A stretch of DNA of 10,907 nucleotides from an uncultured Erysipelotrichaceae bacterium (GCA_964457525.1 CAYWGS010000050.1:1-10907); one strand, 5' to 3'. Positions 1 to 6,560 are shown, counted from the stretch's first letter. The notes: generated by a model not told the origin, from the sequence alone. A program made the numbers and translations.

Positions 1-633
1 AGGAAGCGTCGTAATCATATGTAAAGTACTGTATTTATAACGTTGATAACGCGATTCAATAACTTGCGTTGAAACATATTGATAGATGATCGAGTAAAGC
101 GCTTTTTCCCAGCCAAACAATAAACCAGCAATGGATAAGACAACCATATTCCCATACAGAATATAATTAAAAATTGGTTTACGATAACGATTGGAGACAT
201 ATATCGCAATAAAGTCGGTTCCACCACCCGATGCATTTTGCATTAAACTTAGAACCACACTAATTCCAGAGAAAATCCCACCAAAGATGGTTATTAGAAT
301 AATGTCATAATCCAACTTCACAACCGGTAAGATTAAGGTAAATAAACTCACCAATCCATATTGTAAGATTGAGAACGTCGTAAAACGTTTACCCACATAT
401 TTATAAACTAAGATCGTTGGTAATAAATTCATCAAAACATAAAGAAGACCATATGGTATATCAATACCGGTATACTGTAAAACACTTCGATTAATCAAAA
501 CAGAAATCCCAGAGAATCCTCCAGGAAAGAATCCACCTGAATAAACAAATACATTTATCGTAATTGCACTTAAAAAGGCAGAGAAAATAATGACACAAGT
601 TGTTTTAATATTCTTCTTAACAGTTTGATTCAT
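1..633 (-). CDS. YitT-family (UPF0750) integral membrane protein, N-terminal 211 codons; the 3' end lies beyond the window edge
   Basis: I translated the minus-strand frame by hand; it is not in the ORF track because it runs open off position 1. ATG is at 633-631, preceded by GAGGG. The product starts MNQTVKKNIKTTCVIIFSAFLSAITINVFVYSGGFFPGGFSGISVLINRS and continues to ...QNASGGGTDFIAIYVSNRYRKPIF...GWEKALYSIIYQYVSTQVIES, with no stop down to position 1. The repeated GG(F/I)FSGIS membrane motifs and GGGTDF are typical of YitT/DUF161 proteins. Confidence 0.75.
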   Translation of the reverse strand, partial: MNQTVKKNIKTTCVIIFSAFLSAITINVFVYSGGFFPGGFSGISVLINRSVLQYTGIDIPYGLLYVLMNLLPTILVYKYVGKRFTTFSILQYGLVSLFTLILPVVKLDYDIILITIFGGIFSGISVVLSLMQNASGGGTDFIAIYVSNRYRKPIFNYILYGNMVVLSIAGLLFGWEKALYSIIYQYVSTQVIESRYQRYKYSTLHMITTLP

Positions 634-672
634 AGCACCCTCAACTAATCACAACTATTATACGCTACTCGA

Positions 673-1128
673 TTAAAGTTTCAAGGATAACTGATCAATT
701 TGATACTGTTTAAGGATGTGTTGTTCCATGAGTTCACACCTTTTACATTGTTTTTTGATACTTCGTATCCCTACTTTACACAATAAAGTAAATCCATTAT
801 TAAATACAATTTCGGTATAAACATCTTTGGATTTAATCTGTTTAATCTGTTTCGAATTAATCCAAACACAATCATCGTCTTTATAGGAACAAGTTGGAAA
901 GAAATAGATTTGTAAGAGAGGATGAACAAGTACAGGACACTTTTGATGGATGTTTAAACATTCCTTAATCGCAGTAAAACTCCCCAAACAACTTAAACCA
1001 TAACGATGACATAAAGTTTCTAAGATGACAATCGGCTTCTCATTCGAAACAATCTCACTTTCAGAATATATGATCGACTTCTTTTTTTTAACATCATAAT
1101 AAATCGCATTAATTTCATGGACAAGCAT
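673..1128 (-). CDS. comK: ComK-family competence transcription factor
   Basis: 151-aa ORF. The segment ...CHRYGLSCLGSFTAIKECLNIHQKCPVLVHPLLQIYFFPTCSYKDDDCVWINSKQI...TEIVFNNGFTL... lines up with the B. subtilis ComK core (SCRFFGSSYAGRK...KPPIMVDPSNQIFLFPTLS...CGWIS...TEVTFSNGKT). There is no obvious SD before the ATG at 1128, so the start is less certain than the family call. Confidence 0.75.
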   Translation of the reverse strand: MLVHEINAIYYDVKKKKSIIYSESEIVSNEKPIVILETLCHRYGLSCLGSFTAIKECLNIHQKCPVLVHPLLQIYFFPTCSYKDDDCVWINSKQIKQIKSKDVYTEIVFNNGFTLLCKVGIRSIKKQCKRCELMEQHILKQYQIDQLSLKL

Positions 1129-1160
1129 ACTACTATATATTCTATAAAATCAAAAAAGCC

Positions 1161-1188
1161 TAAAAAAAAAGCGGCTATGATTAGCCGC
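1161..1188 (-). terminator. Rho-independent terminator after the RidA-family gene
   Basis: A perfect 7-bp stem GCGGCTA (1171-1177) / TAGCCGC (1182-1188) has a 4-nt loop. On the minus strand it is followed directly by a run of 9 T (A-run 1162-1170 on plus). The 5' arm of the hairpin encodes the last codons and the stop (TGC GGC TAA) of the upstream gene. Confidence 0.8.
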
Positions 1189-1729
1189 AACATGTACCAT
1201 CTGTACACTCATCATCTCCACAATCGCAACTGCCACCACAACCACAACCATCATGGTCATGATCATCACCACAGTCACAATTTCCGCCACAACTACATCC
1301 ATCATGTGAATGACCTTGTTGTTGACGAACTTGTTGTTCATATAACAATGTATCGATAACGATTGCTTCAATTTCAATTAAAGCACCTTTTGGTAATGCT
1401 TTAACTTCAACTGTACTACGTGCAGGATATGGATCCGCAAAATACGTAGAGTAAATTTCATTCATTAAGCTAAAATCGCTTAAATTTGTCATAAATACAG
1501 TCGTCTTAACAATATGACGCATTTCTAAATTCATTTCAGCTAATAAAGCTTCCACATTCTTTAGAACTTGATATGTTTGTTCTTGAATTCCACCTTCTAC
1601 AATTTCATTTGTTTCAGGATCAACAGGTAATTGACCAGAAACATATACAAAATCCCCTAATTTGACAGCTGGAGAATAAGGGCCAATTGCTTTAGGCGCA
1701 TTATTCGATGTTATTGATTTAGTAAACAT
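1181..1729 (-). CDS. ridA: RidA/YjgF/YabJ-family reactive-intermediate (enamine/imine) deaminase with a 56-aa Cys/Asp/His/Gly-rich C-terminal extension
   Basis: Strong SD (AGGAGG) lies upstream of the ATG at 1729. Residues 1-126 match the RidA family along their whole length (NAPKAIGPYSPAV...VSGQLP...GGIQEQT.QVLKN...A...V.KTTVF...F..N.Y..YF....PARS.VEV..LPKGALIEIEAI). B. subtilis YabJ ends a few residues after the equivalent IEVIA. Here the ORF continues with LLYEQQVRQQQGHSHDGCSCGGNCDCGDDHDHDGCGCGGSCDCGDDECTDGTCCG. Confidence 0.9.
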   Translation of the reverse strand: MFTKSITSNNAPKAIGPYSPAVKLGDFVYVSGQLPVDPETNEIVEGGIQEQTYQVLKNVEALLAEMNLEMRHIVKTTVFMTNLSDFSLMNEIYSTYFADPYPARSTVEVKALPKGALIEIEAIVIDTLLYEQQVRQQQGHSHDGCSCGGNCDCGDDHDHDGCGCGGSCDCGDDECTDGTCCG

Positions 1730-1741
1730 GGTTGTCCTCCT

Positions 1742-1888
1742 TTACCACTCTTGATAATACTCGATCTCTTCTTCAATCAATCGTTGTCTACGATGGTGTA
1801 AAAACATGCGGAAAACCATGGTAAGCGATGCACCTACTAAAATAACCAGTAATCCGGTTGAAATATAATCGCTGAAGCTTTCTAACAT
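1742..1888 (-). CDS. Small (48 aa) single-pass membrane protein, hypothetical; not in the supplied ORF track
   Basis: ATG is at 1888-1886, 6 nt downstream of GAGGTG. My translation is MLESFSDYISTGLLVILVGASLTMVFRMFLHHRRQRLIEEEIEYYQEW, ending in TAA at 1744-1742. It has one hydrophobic helix, then a basic HHRRQR patch and an acidic tail. It fills the otherwise unexplained gap between two same-strand genes. Confidence 0.5.
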   Translation of the reverse strand: MLESFSDYISTGLLVILVGASLTMVFRMFLHHRRQRLIEEEIEYYQEW

Positions 1889-1920
1889 GAACTCACCTCG
1901 GGTTTCATTATAAACAAAGT

Positions 1921-2466
1921 TTATTCTTGGCGCAACGAGTACGCCCCAAGTCTTATCGCAAATACCACAAATGTCACAAAACTAATAACAAGTGTCGCAA
2001 CCCCTAAGACTTGATAAACCAATGCGACTTGATTGATTAACTTTAACGCAACCAATGGATTGGTAACCGCATTAACTCGAAACATTTGTACAAGCAAGTA
2101 GAAATGCATAATCAATTGTATCAGAATAACCGTTACTGCACTTTTACTGATGTAAGGATAATTCTTATCCTTTATACTAAATAGAATAAGAATCGTAAAG
2201 AATACCACTTCATGCCAACTAATACTATAAAGAATATTCGTCAAGAGAGGAACTTTATCCAAATACTGAGCGACAAATCGAGTTACTAAGGTACTATTCT
2301 TAATCAAACTTAAATTAACAATCTGACTGGTCGAATTAATCTCAATCATATGTCTTCCTAATTGAATCTCAGGAACCGCAATGAACCAAGAGAAAATAAC
2401 CCAGATGGCTAGGAAAACTAAGATACGATGCTCAGGTAAATCTAACCAACGGTTAAGCTTAATCAT
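1921..2466 (-). CDS. Hypothetical polytopic membrane protein (about 4 predicted hydrophobic helices), family not recognised
   Basis: 181-aa ORF. Its ATG overlaps the trmL stop by 8 nt. It has hydrophobic segments (ILVFLAIWVIFSWFIAV, VVFFTILILFSI, VTVILIQLIMHFYLLV, VLGVATLVISFVTFVVFAI). I found no motif I can assign. Confidence 0.65.
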   Translation of the reverse strand: MIKLNRWLDLPEHRILVFLAIWVIFSWFIAVPEIQLGRHMIEINSTSQIVNLSLIKNSTLVTRFVAQYLDKVPLLTNILYSISWHEVVFFTILILFSIKDKNYPYISKSAVTVILIQLIMHFYLLVQMFRVNAVTNPLVALKLINQVALVYQVLGVATLVISFVTFVVFAIRLGAYSLRQE

Positions 2467-2968
2467 GTTCTAACCAATCTTCTCCCTTAATCACTTCAAC
2501 ACGGGACAAACCAGGATAGTCGAGTTGACGCAACACTTCATACGCCACAATCGCAACGGTATTCGATAGATTTAAACTCCGTGCATTCTCTACCATCGGT
2601 AGTCTTAAACAAGTATCTAAATGAGGTCTTAAGATATCCTTAGGAATACCTGTACTTTCACGTCCAAAGATCAAGTAAATATCATCCTTACACTCCAAGA
2701 AATTAACCTGGGATGGCGCTTTCTTACCATAGCGTGTAATGAAATAGAATGTTCCTTGATTGAGTGAACAGAAGTGTTCATAATTCTCATACACATGCGG
2801 TTCAATAATCTCACGATAATCCATGCCACTTCTACGAACACTCTTTTCATCTAAGGCAAAACCCATGGGTTTAATCAAATGGAGTTGAGCATTCGTTGCG
2901 GCACAAGTACGCATAATATTCCCTGTATTCTGAGGAATCTCAGGTTGATATAAAACGATATGAATCAT
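2459..2968 (-). CDS. trmL: tRNA (cytidine(34)/5-carboxymethylaminomethyluridine(34)-2'-O)-methyltransferase TrmL (SpoU/TrmH class, YibK/CspR type)
   Basis: 169 aa. The N-terminus IHIVLYQPEIPQNTGNIMRTCAATNAQLHLIKPMGF and the C-terminal knot motifs LIFGRESTGIP and RLPM...ARSLNLSNTVAIVAYE are characteristic of TrmL. A GAGG SD is present. ATGA start/stop overlap with the upstream gene. Confidence 0.9.
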   Translation of the reverse strand: MIHIVLYQPEIPQNTGNIMRTCAATNAQLHLIKPMGFALDEKSVRRSGMDYREIIEPHVYENYEHFCSLNQGTFYFITRYGKKAPSQVNFLECKDDIYLIFGRESTGIPKDILRPHLDTCLRLPMVENARSLNLSNTVAIVAYEVLRQLDYPGLSRVEVIKGEDWLEHD

Positions 2969-4341
2969 AATAAACCTCTCAATATGCCCAATAAGGCTAA
3001 ATGAATTGGATAATAGAAATAGAAGAAATACTTCTCAATTACATTCAATGATTTCTTCTGATATGACATAGGCTTTTCACTTCGATAGAACCACAACAAG
3101 CCTACTGCTAGAATGGATAAGGCCTGTAAGAAATAAACCCAATAATATTCTAAGAATTGTGATAATAAAGTCGGTAAACCTAGATACAAACTTAAAGAAA
3201 CGAACTGAATAAAACTATAAATTAAGGTAATCGTGATATAACCACTTAACTGTTTCTTCTTATCCCCATAATACGCATAAAATAAGACTAAGATAAACAA
3301 ACCATATAGACCATAATCAACCGTAAAGTATTCCGCCACAAGCGCTAATACAATAATCACCCACATCTTACCCTTATCAAACGCATAGAAGGCTAAGAAA
3401 GCTAAGGAGAATAAGAAGAAGATATTAACCAACTCACGAACCCCTGTGAAATACAGTAGAATCTGAGTCAATACAGCCGCAACCGATACTTGAATCAATA
3501 ACTTCTTTTGGTTCGAAGTATAACGATACGATAAGGCAAATAAATACGCAAAGATTGGGAAAGCCAATCGACCTACAATTCTAAGTTCAATCAAATCTGG
3601 GAATAAGAAATGACCCACATGATCAATCGTCATCGTCACAAGCGCAAACCATTTCAAGAAACGATGATTATATCCTTGATTCTCTATTCCATAGACGATT
3701 GTATAAAGTAAACCTAATCCCAAGATAACACGATACAGAATTAAACTGACTAATGAGAAGAAGAATGGTAATGGAACCATCAAAATCAAATTATCCGTAT
3801 TTGGATTGAGTAACCATAAATCATTACTGAAGAGTACTTTATGGAAATAAATCCAGAAAGAATCAAAGTCCAATACTGCAAATGTCACAAGAAAAGCAAA
3901 CACAAACCCAAGAATCATCGATGCCTCTTTGATTCCAAGGATAAACACATCGAGTGCTTTCTTTCGATTTAACCAAAGAATTAGTGCACCCGATAGAAAC
4001 AATCCAATAATGGAAATATTCCGTATATGAATTGTATTCACAAATAGTACTTGCACATCAATCATATGATCTTTCTCACGTTGATTGAAAAATTCTTGGT
4101 TAACTCCATCAAAATCCGCATAGACTTCTAGTGAGTCTGTCTTCCCAACCAAATAATCAAGTAAAACATGGGTTGATTTCATCAAATCATCATTAGAAAC
4201 ACCAATGTTCTCAGCCACATTTAATTCTTCATACTTACGTTCATAGAAATTTAAATCTAAAGAACTAATATGGATAACCGATAGGACTAAGGCTACCCAA
4301 AGGAATACTCCAAATAATAAACCTAATAATCTATTTCTCAT
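2965..4341 (-). CDS. Two-domain integral membrane protein: N-terminal TIGR01906/DUF1461 (Lit-like lipoprotein intramolecular transacylase family) fused to C-terminal TraX-family domain
   Basis: Single uninterrupted 458-aa ORF. Residues about 1-225 have an N-terminal TM helix, an extracytoplasmic segment (...NFYERKYEELNV...REKDHMIDVQVLF...) and FWIYFHKVLFSNDLWLLNPNTDNLILMVPLPFF. I recognise this as the DUF1461/TIGR01906 pattern. Residues about 226-458 begin FLKWFALVTMTIDHVGHFLFP...GRLAFPIFAYLFALSY, the typical TraX (PF05857) N-terminal signature, followed by further TM helices. The approximate domain junction is near nt 3666. Confidence 0.75.
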   Translation of the reverse strand: MRNRLLGLLFGVFLWVALVLSVIHISSLDLNFYERKYEELNVAENIGVSNDDLMKSTHVLLDYLVGKTDSLEVYADFDGVNQEFFNQREKDHMIDVQVLFVNTIHIRNISIIGLFLSGALILWLNRKKALDVFILGIKEASMILGFVFAFLVTFAVLDFDSFWIYFHKVLFSNDLWLLNPNTDNLILMVPLPFFFSLVSLILYRVILGLGLLYTIVYGIENQGYNHRFLKWFALVTMTIDHVGHFLFPDLIELRIVGRLAFPIFAYLFALSYRYTSNQKKLLIQVSVAAVLTQILLYFTGVRELVNIFFLFSLAFLAFYAFDKGKMWVIIVLALVAEYFTVDYGLYGLFILVLFYAYYGDKKKQLSGYITITLIYSFIQFVSLSLYLGLPTLLSQFLEYYWVYFLQALSILAVGLLWFYRSEKPMSYQKKSLNVIEKYFFYFYYPIHLALLGILRGLL

Positions 4342-4928
4342 AGTGCACTCTTTTCTAAGAAATCGGTTGCTTTACGCAACGCTTGACCTCTATGACTCAA
4401 ATGATTCTTAACCTCTAAATCCATTTCTGCATACGATTGAGAATACCCCTTCGGTACAAATATGGGATCATAACCAAAACCATTTGAACCCTTCGCTTCA
4501 TATCCAATCGTTCCTTGCATAATGCCTTCAAACGAATATACTCTTTCTTCATCCAACACAAGACAGACGACCGATACAAATCGTGCATCACGATTGTCAC
4601 TATTTTGAAGTCGATCTAAGATTACTTGATTCTTAATGGTATACGAAGTATTCTCACCCAAATAACGAGCAGAATAAATACCAGGTTCATTATTTAATGC
4701 TTCAATCTCTAAACCAGAATCATCCGCAATGCATGGAATTTGAGTTAATCGATAAAAATGAAGTGCCTTTAATCGTGCATTTGCTTCAAATGTAAGACCT
4801 GTTTCTTCCACATCATCTTGAATGGAAATATCATTTAGACTAATCACCTCAAACTGAGGATAATCCTTTAAGAGTTGTTTCAACTCAACAACCTTATGTT
4901 TATTTTGTGTAGCTAATAACAGTTTCAT
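4338..4928 (-). CDS. rdgB: Non-canonical purine NTP (dITP/XTP) pyrophosphatase, RdgB/HAM1 family
   Basis: 196 aa. The motifs MKLLLATQNKHKVVEL, EETGLTFEANARLKA, IADDSGLEIEALNNEPGIYSARY, FGYDPIF and SHRGQAL are the canonical RdgB motifs. A GAAGGA SD lies inside the 3' end of the upstream gene. Confidence 0.92.
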   Translation of the reverse strand: MKLLLATQNKHKVVELKQLLKDYPQFEVISLNDISIQDDVEETGLTFEANARLKALHFYRLTQIPCIADDSGLEIEALNNEPGIYSARYLGENTSYTIKNQVILDRLQNSDNRDARFVSVVCLVLDEERVYSFEGIMQGTIGYEAKGSNGFGYDPIFVPKGYSQSYAEMDLEVKNHLSHRGQALRKATDFLEKSAL

Positions 4929-6513
4929 CGATACAAGTTCCTTCTCTATTTAAGGTATACCATATTTGTTTTTGATTTTGATACAAGATTGCATATACAT
5001 AATCATCCATCAAAAAGACTGCTTTATTCGCTTGTTCCGTTATCTTTAATAATGCTTTACGATAAAAATTCAAATCAAACTGTTCAATTGGATAAATCAA
5101 ACTTGGTTTAACTTTTGCTTGGCGATAATATGCCTTCTCGATTAAGAACTGTGCTCTATCGGTATATTTACTTAACACAGGATAGAGTGCTTGATAAAAG
5201 TCTTTCACTTGATATGGATGATTTAACTGCGCAATCGCATAACCACATTCTGCCATCAAATCAAAGGCTACGATACTTTCATCTTGAAAGAGCGCATCCA
5301 ACTCTGATTTCAATCGCTGTGAGTTATAACATTTCTCTGTCGCAAGTGCACAATATTCTACTTGTTTAATCTCTTCAAAACTCATCCATTTCGTCTTTGT
5401 AATTTGATAAGGTGCGATTAAATCTGCTTCATATCCATATACATCTTTTAATTGAAATAGACTGGTCCCATGCAGTAGTTTCAATATTCCAACCTGTATT
5501 TCAAATGGTTTTAAATAAATTAATTTTTGATATGATATTTTAAATAAATCCAAGGTTTCAAACGGTAATCCAGCAATTAAATCCGTGTGTTGATGTGCTT
5601 TCTTTTGTGCAAATCCTTCAATGACTTGACTGAGTTTGTCCAGATTACAGGTTCTTCCAACTGCCTTTAATGTTTTATCTTGGAAGGATTGTACTCCAAT
5701 CTCCATTCTAAAACGCTCTAATGCATCATTCTGGAAGAAATGAATTAGATCTTCATGTAAAGTATCCCCAACCAATTCCACATGGAAATGCATCGACTCT
5801 GGCATGGATAAACATTGATAACCCAATCGTAATGCACGCTTAGGTTCTACATTAAACGTACGATCTAAGAACTTAACTTGTTTAACATCCGTTTCTTTTA
5901 ACTGATCAAAGAAAGTATCCATGTACTTTTGACTAAACAAACGCACTTTACGATCAAGTGATGCCATACAATACGCACATCCATAAGGGCAACCCCTTGA
6001 TGTCTCAACATACAAATAACGTTTTCCCATATCCTTTTGATCGAAATCGAGGAAATATGGACTTTGAAGTGTTTCAAGTAATCGTAAATCAGTTTTTAGA
6101 TACTCTACTTTCTCATTCTTCTCTGTTTGATAACCCAAAGTTTTTTTCTTTAGTACCGCATCCCAAAAGGCAAACTCCCCTTCACCTACGATAATCCCTT
6201 CAATCGGATAATCAAACATCGGATCAGGATTAAAGCTTACTTCTGGACCTCCAAGGATAATACGACATTCAGGTAAGTATTCTTTTATCTTAAGGATAAA
6301 TTGTTTGGTCGCTTCAATATTAAAAATATAACAACTCAAACCCAATACATCGGCTTGATACTCCACAATATCCTTTATACATGGATCATAACTTTCTGTA
6401 GTCGACTCAAAAACCCTCGCTTCAATCGATTCTGGCTTAGAAACCATCAACCATCGTAACGCAAGGTTCTTATGAATAAAGCTAACATTTAAACTACAGA
6501 GTGCAACTTTCAT
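4900..6513 (-). CDS. B12-binding-domain radical SAM protein (class B, COG1032-like; the long C-terminal region resembles the DUF4080 type), substrate unknown
   Basis: 537 aa. The N-terminal roughly 130 aa have the cobalamin-binding-like fold pattern (VALCSLN...DVLGLSCYIFN...RIILGGPEVSF). The radical SAM cluster motif CPYGCAYC (Cys175/179/182) is at nt 5968-5991. The DUF4080 assignment is from memory of the architecture and is not verified. Confidence 0.85.
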   Translation of the reverse strand: MKVALCSLNVSFIHKNLALRWLMVSKPESIEARVFESTTESYDPCIKDIVEYQADVLGLSCYIFNIEATKQFILKIKEYLPECRIILGGPEVSFNPDPMFDYPIEGIIVGEGEFAFWDAVLKKKTLGYQTEKNEKVEYLKTDLRLLETLQSPYFLDFDQKDMGKRYLYVETSRGCPYGCAYCMASLDRKVRLFSQKYMDTFFDQLKETDVKQVKFLDRTFNVEPKRALRLGYQCLSMPESMHFHVELVGDTLHEDLIHFFQNDALERFRMEIGVQSFQDKTLKAVGRTCNLDKLSQVIEGFAQKKAHQHTDLIAGLPFETLDLFKISYQKLIYLKPFEIQVGILKLLHGTSLFQLKDVYGYEADLIAPYQITKTKWMSFEEIKQVEYCALATEKCYNSQRLKSELDALFQDESIVAFDLMAECGYAIAQLNHPYQVKDFYQALYPVLSKYTDRAQFLIEKAYYRQAKVKPSLIYPIEQFDLNFYRKALLKITEQANKAVFLMDDYVYAILYQNQKQIWYTLNREGTCIDETVISYTK

Positions 6514-6521
6514 ATCTCACT

Positions 6522-6555
6522 TATTTTAGCATATCTAACGGTCTATGCTAAAATA
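6522..6555. promoter_or_regulatory. Perfect 12-bp inverted repeat (TATTTTAGCATA-N10-TATGCTAAAATA) forming two mirror-image overlapping divergent promoters and/or an operator
   Basis: The arms are 6522-6533 and 6544-6555, with a 10-nt spacer TCTAACGGTC. On the plus strand there is a -35-like TTAGCA (6526-6531), a 17-nt spacer, and an extended -10 TGcTAAAAT (6546-6554). By symmetry the same elements occur on the minus strand. It sits in the 47-bp gap between divergent genes starting at 6513 (-) and 6561 (+). Confidence 0.45.
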
Positions 6556-6560
6556 GAACT

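Noticed and set aside
15-236. Remaining short track ORFs overlapping larger genes (15-236 -, 4415-4600 -, 5115-5369 +, 5958-6194 +, 8495-8689 -, 10064-10261 -)
   Set aside because: Each lies entirely inside a longer ORF with clear family motifs, on the opposite strand or in another frame. Each has low-complexity or implausible composition and no SD. I treat them as frame shadows.
832-849. Tandem 9-bp duplication TTTAATCTG x2 inside comK (encodes QIKQIK)
   Set aside because: It is in frame, has only two copies, and sits in a variable part of ComK. It is most simply a small fixed duplication. Two copies are too few to argue for phase variation.
1129-1170. A/T-tracts upstream of comK as possible ComK K-boxes (AAAA-N5-TTTT) for autoregulation
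   Set aside because: The long A-run is the U-tract of the RidA terminator. No AAAA-N5-TTTT unit, let alone a properly spaced pair, is present on either strand.
1184-1315. Cys-rich C-terminal block as a RiPP precursor core (SCIFF-like) to be matured by one of the radical SAM enzymes in the window
   Set aside because: It is fused to a complete, well-conserved enzyme domain rather than a short leader. It is separated from both radical SAM genes by several unrelated genes. Neither radical SAM protein shows the SPASM/twitch extra-cluster Cys pattern that I could see. A metal-binding tail is the simpler reading. This is not formally excluded.
1117-1359. Plus-strand 80-aa ORF with a striking His-rich stretch (HHLHNRNCHHNHNHHGHDHHHSHNFRHNYIHH) that looks like a metal-binding protein
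   Set aside because: It is the antisense shadow of the Cys/Asp/Gly-rich RidA tail; complements of GAT/TGT/GGT-type codons read out of frame as CAT/CAC. It starts inside comK and crosses the RidA terminator. It has no SD and lies wholly inside or against better-supported minus-strand features. The same applies to the minus-strand alternative-frame ORFs 1150-1377 and 1020-1208.
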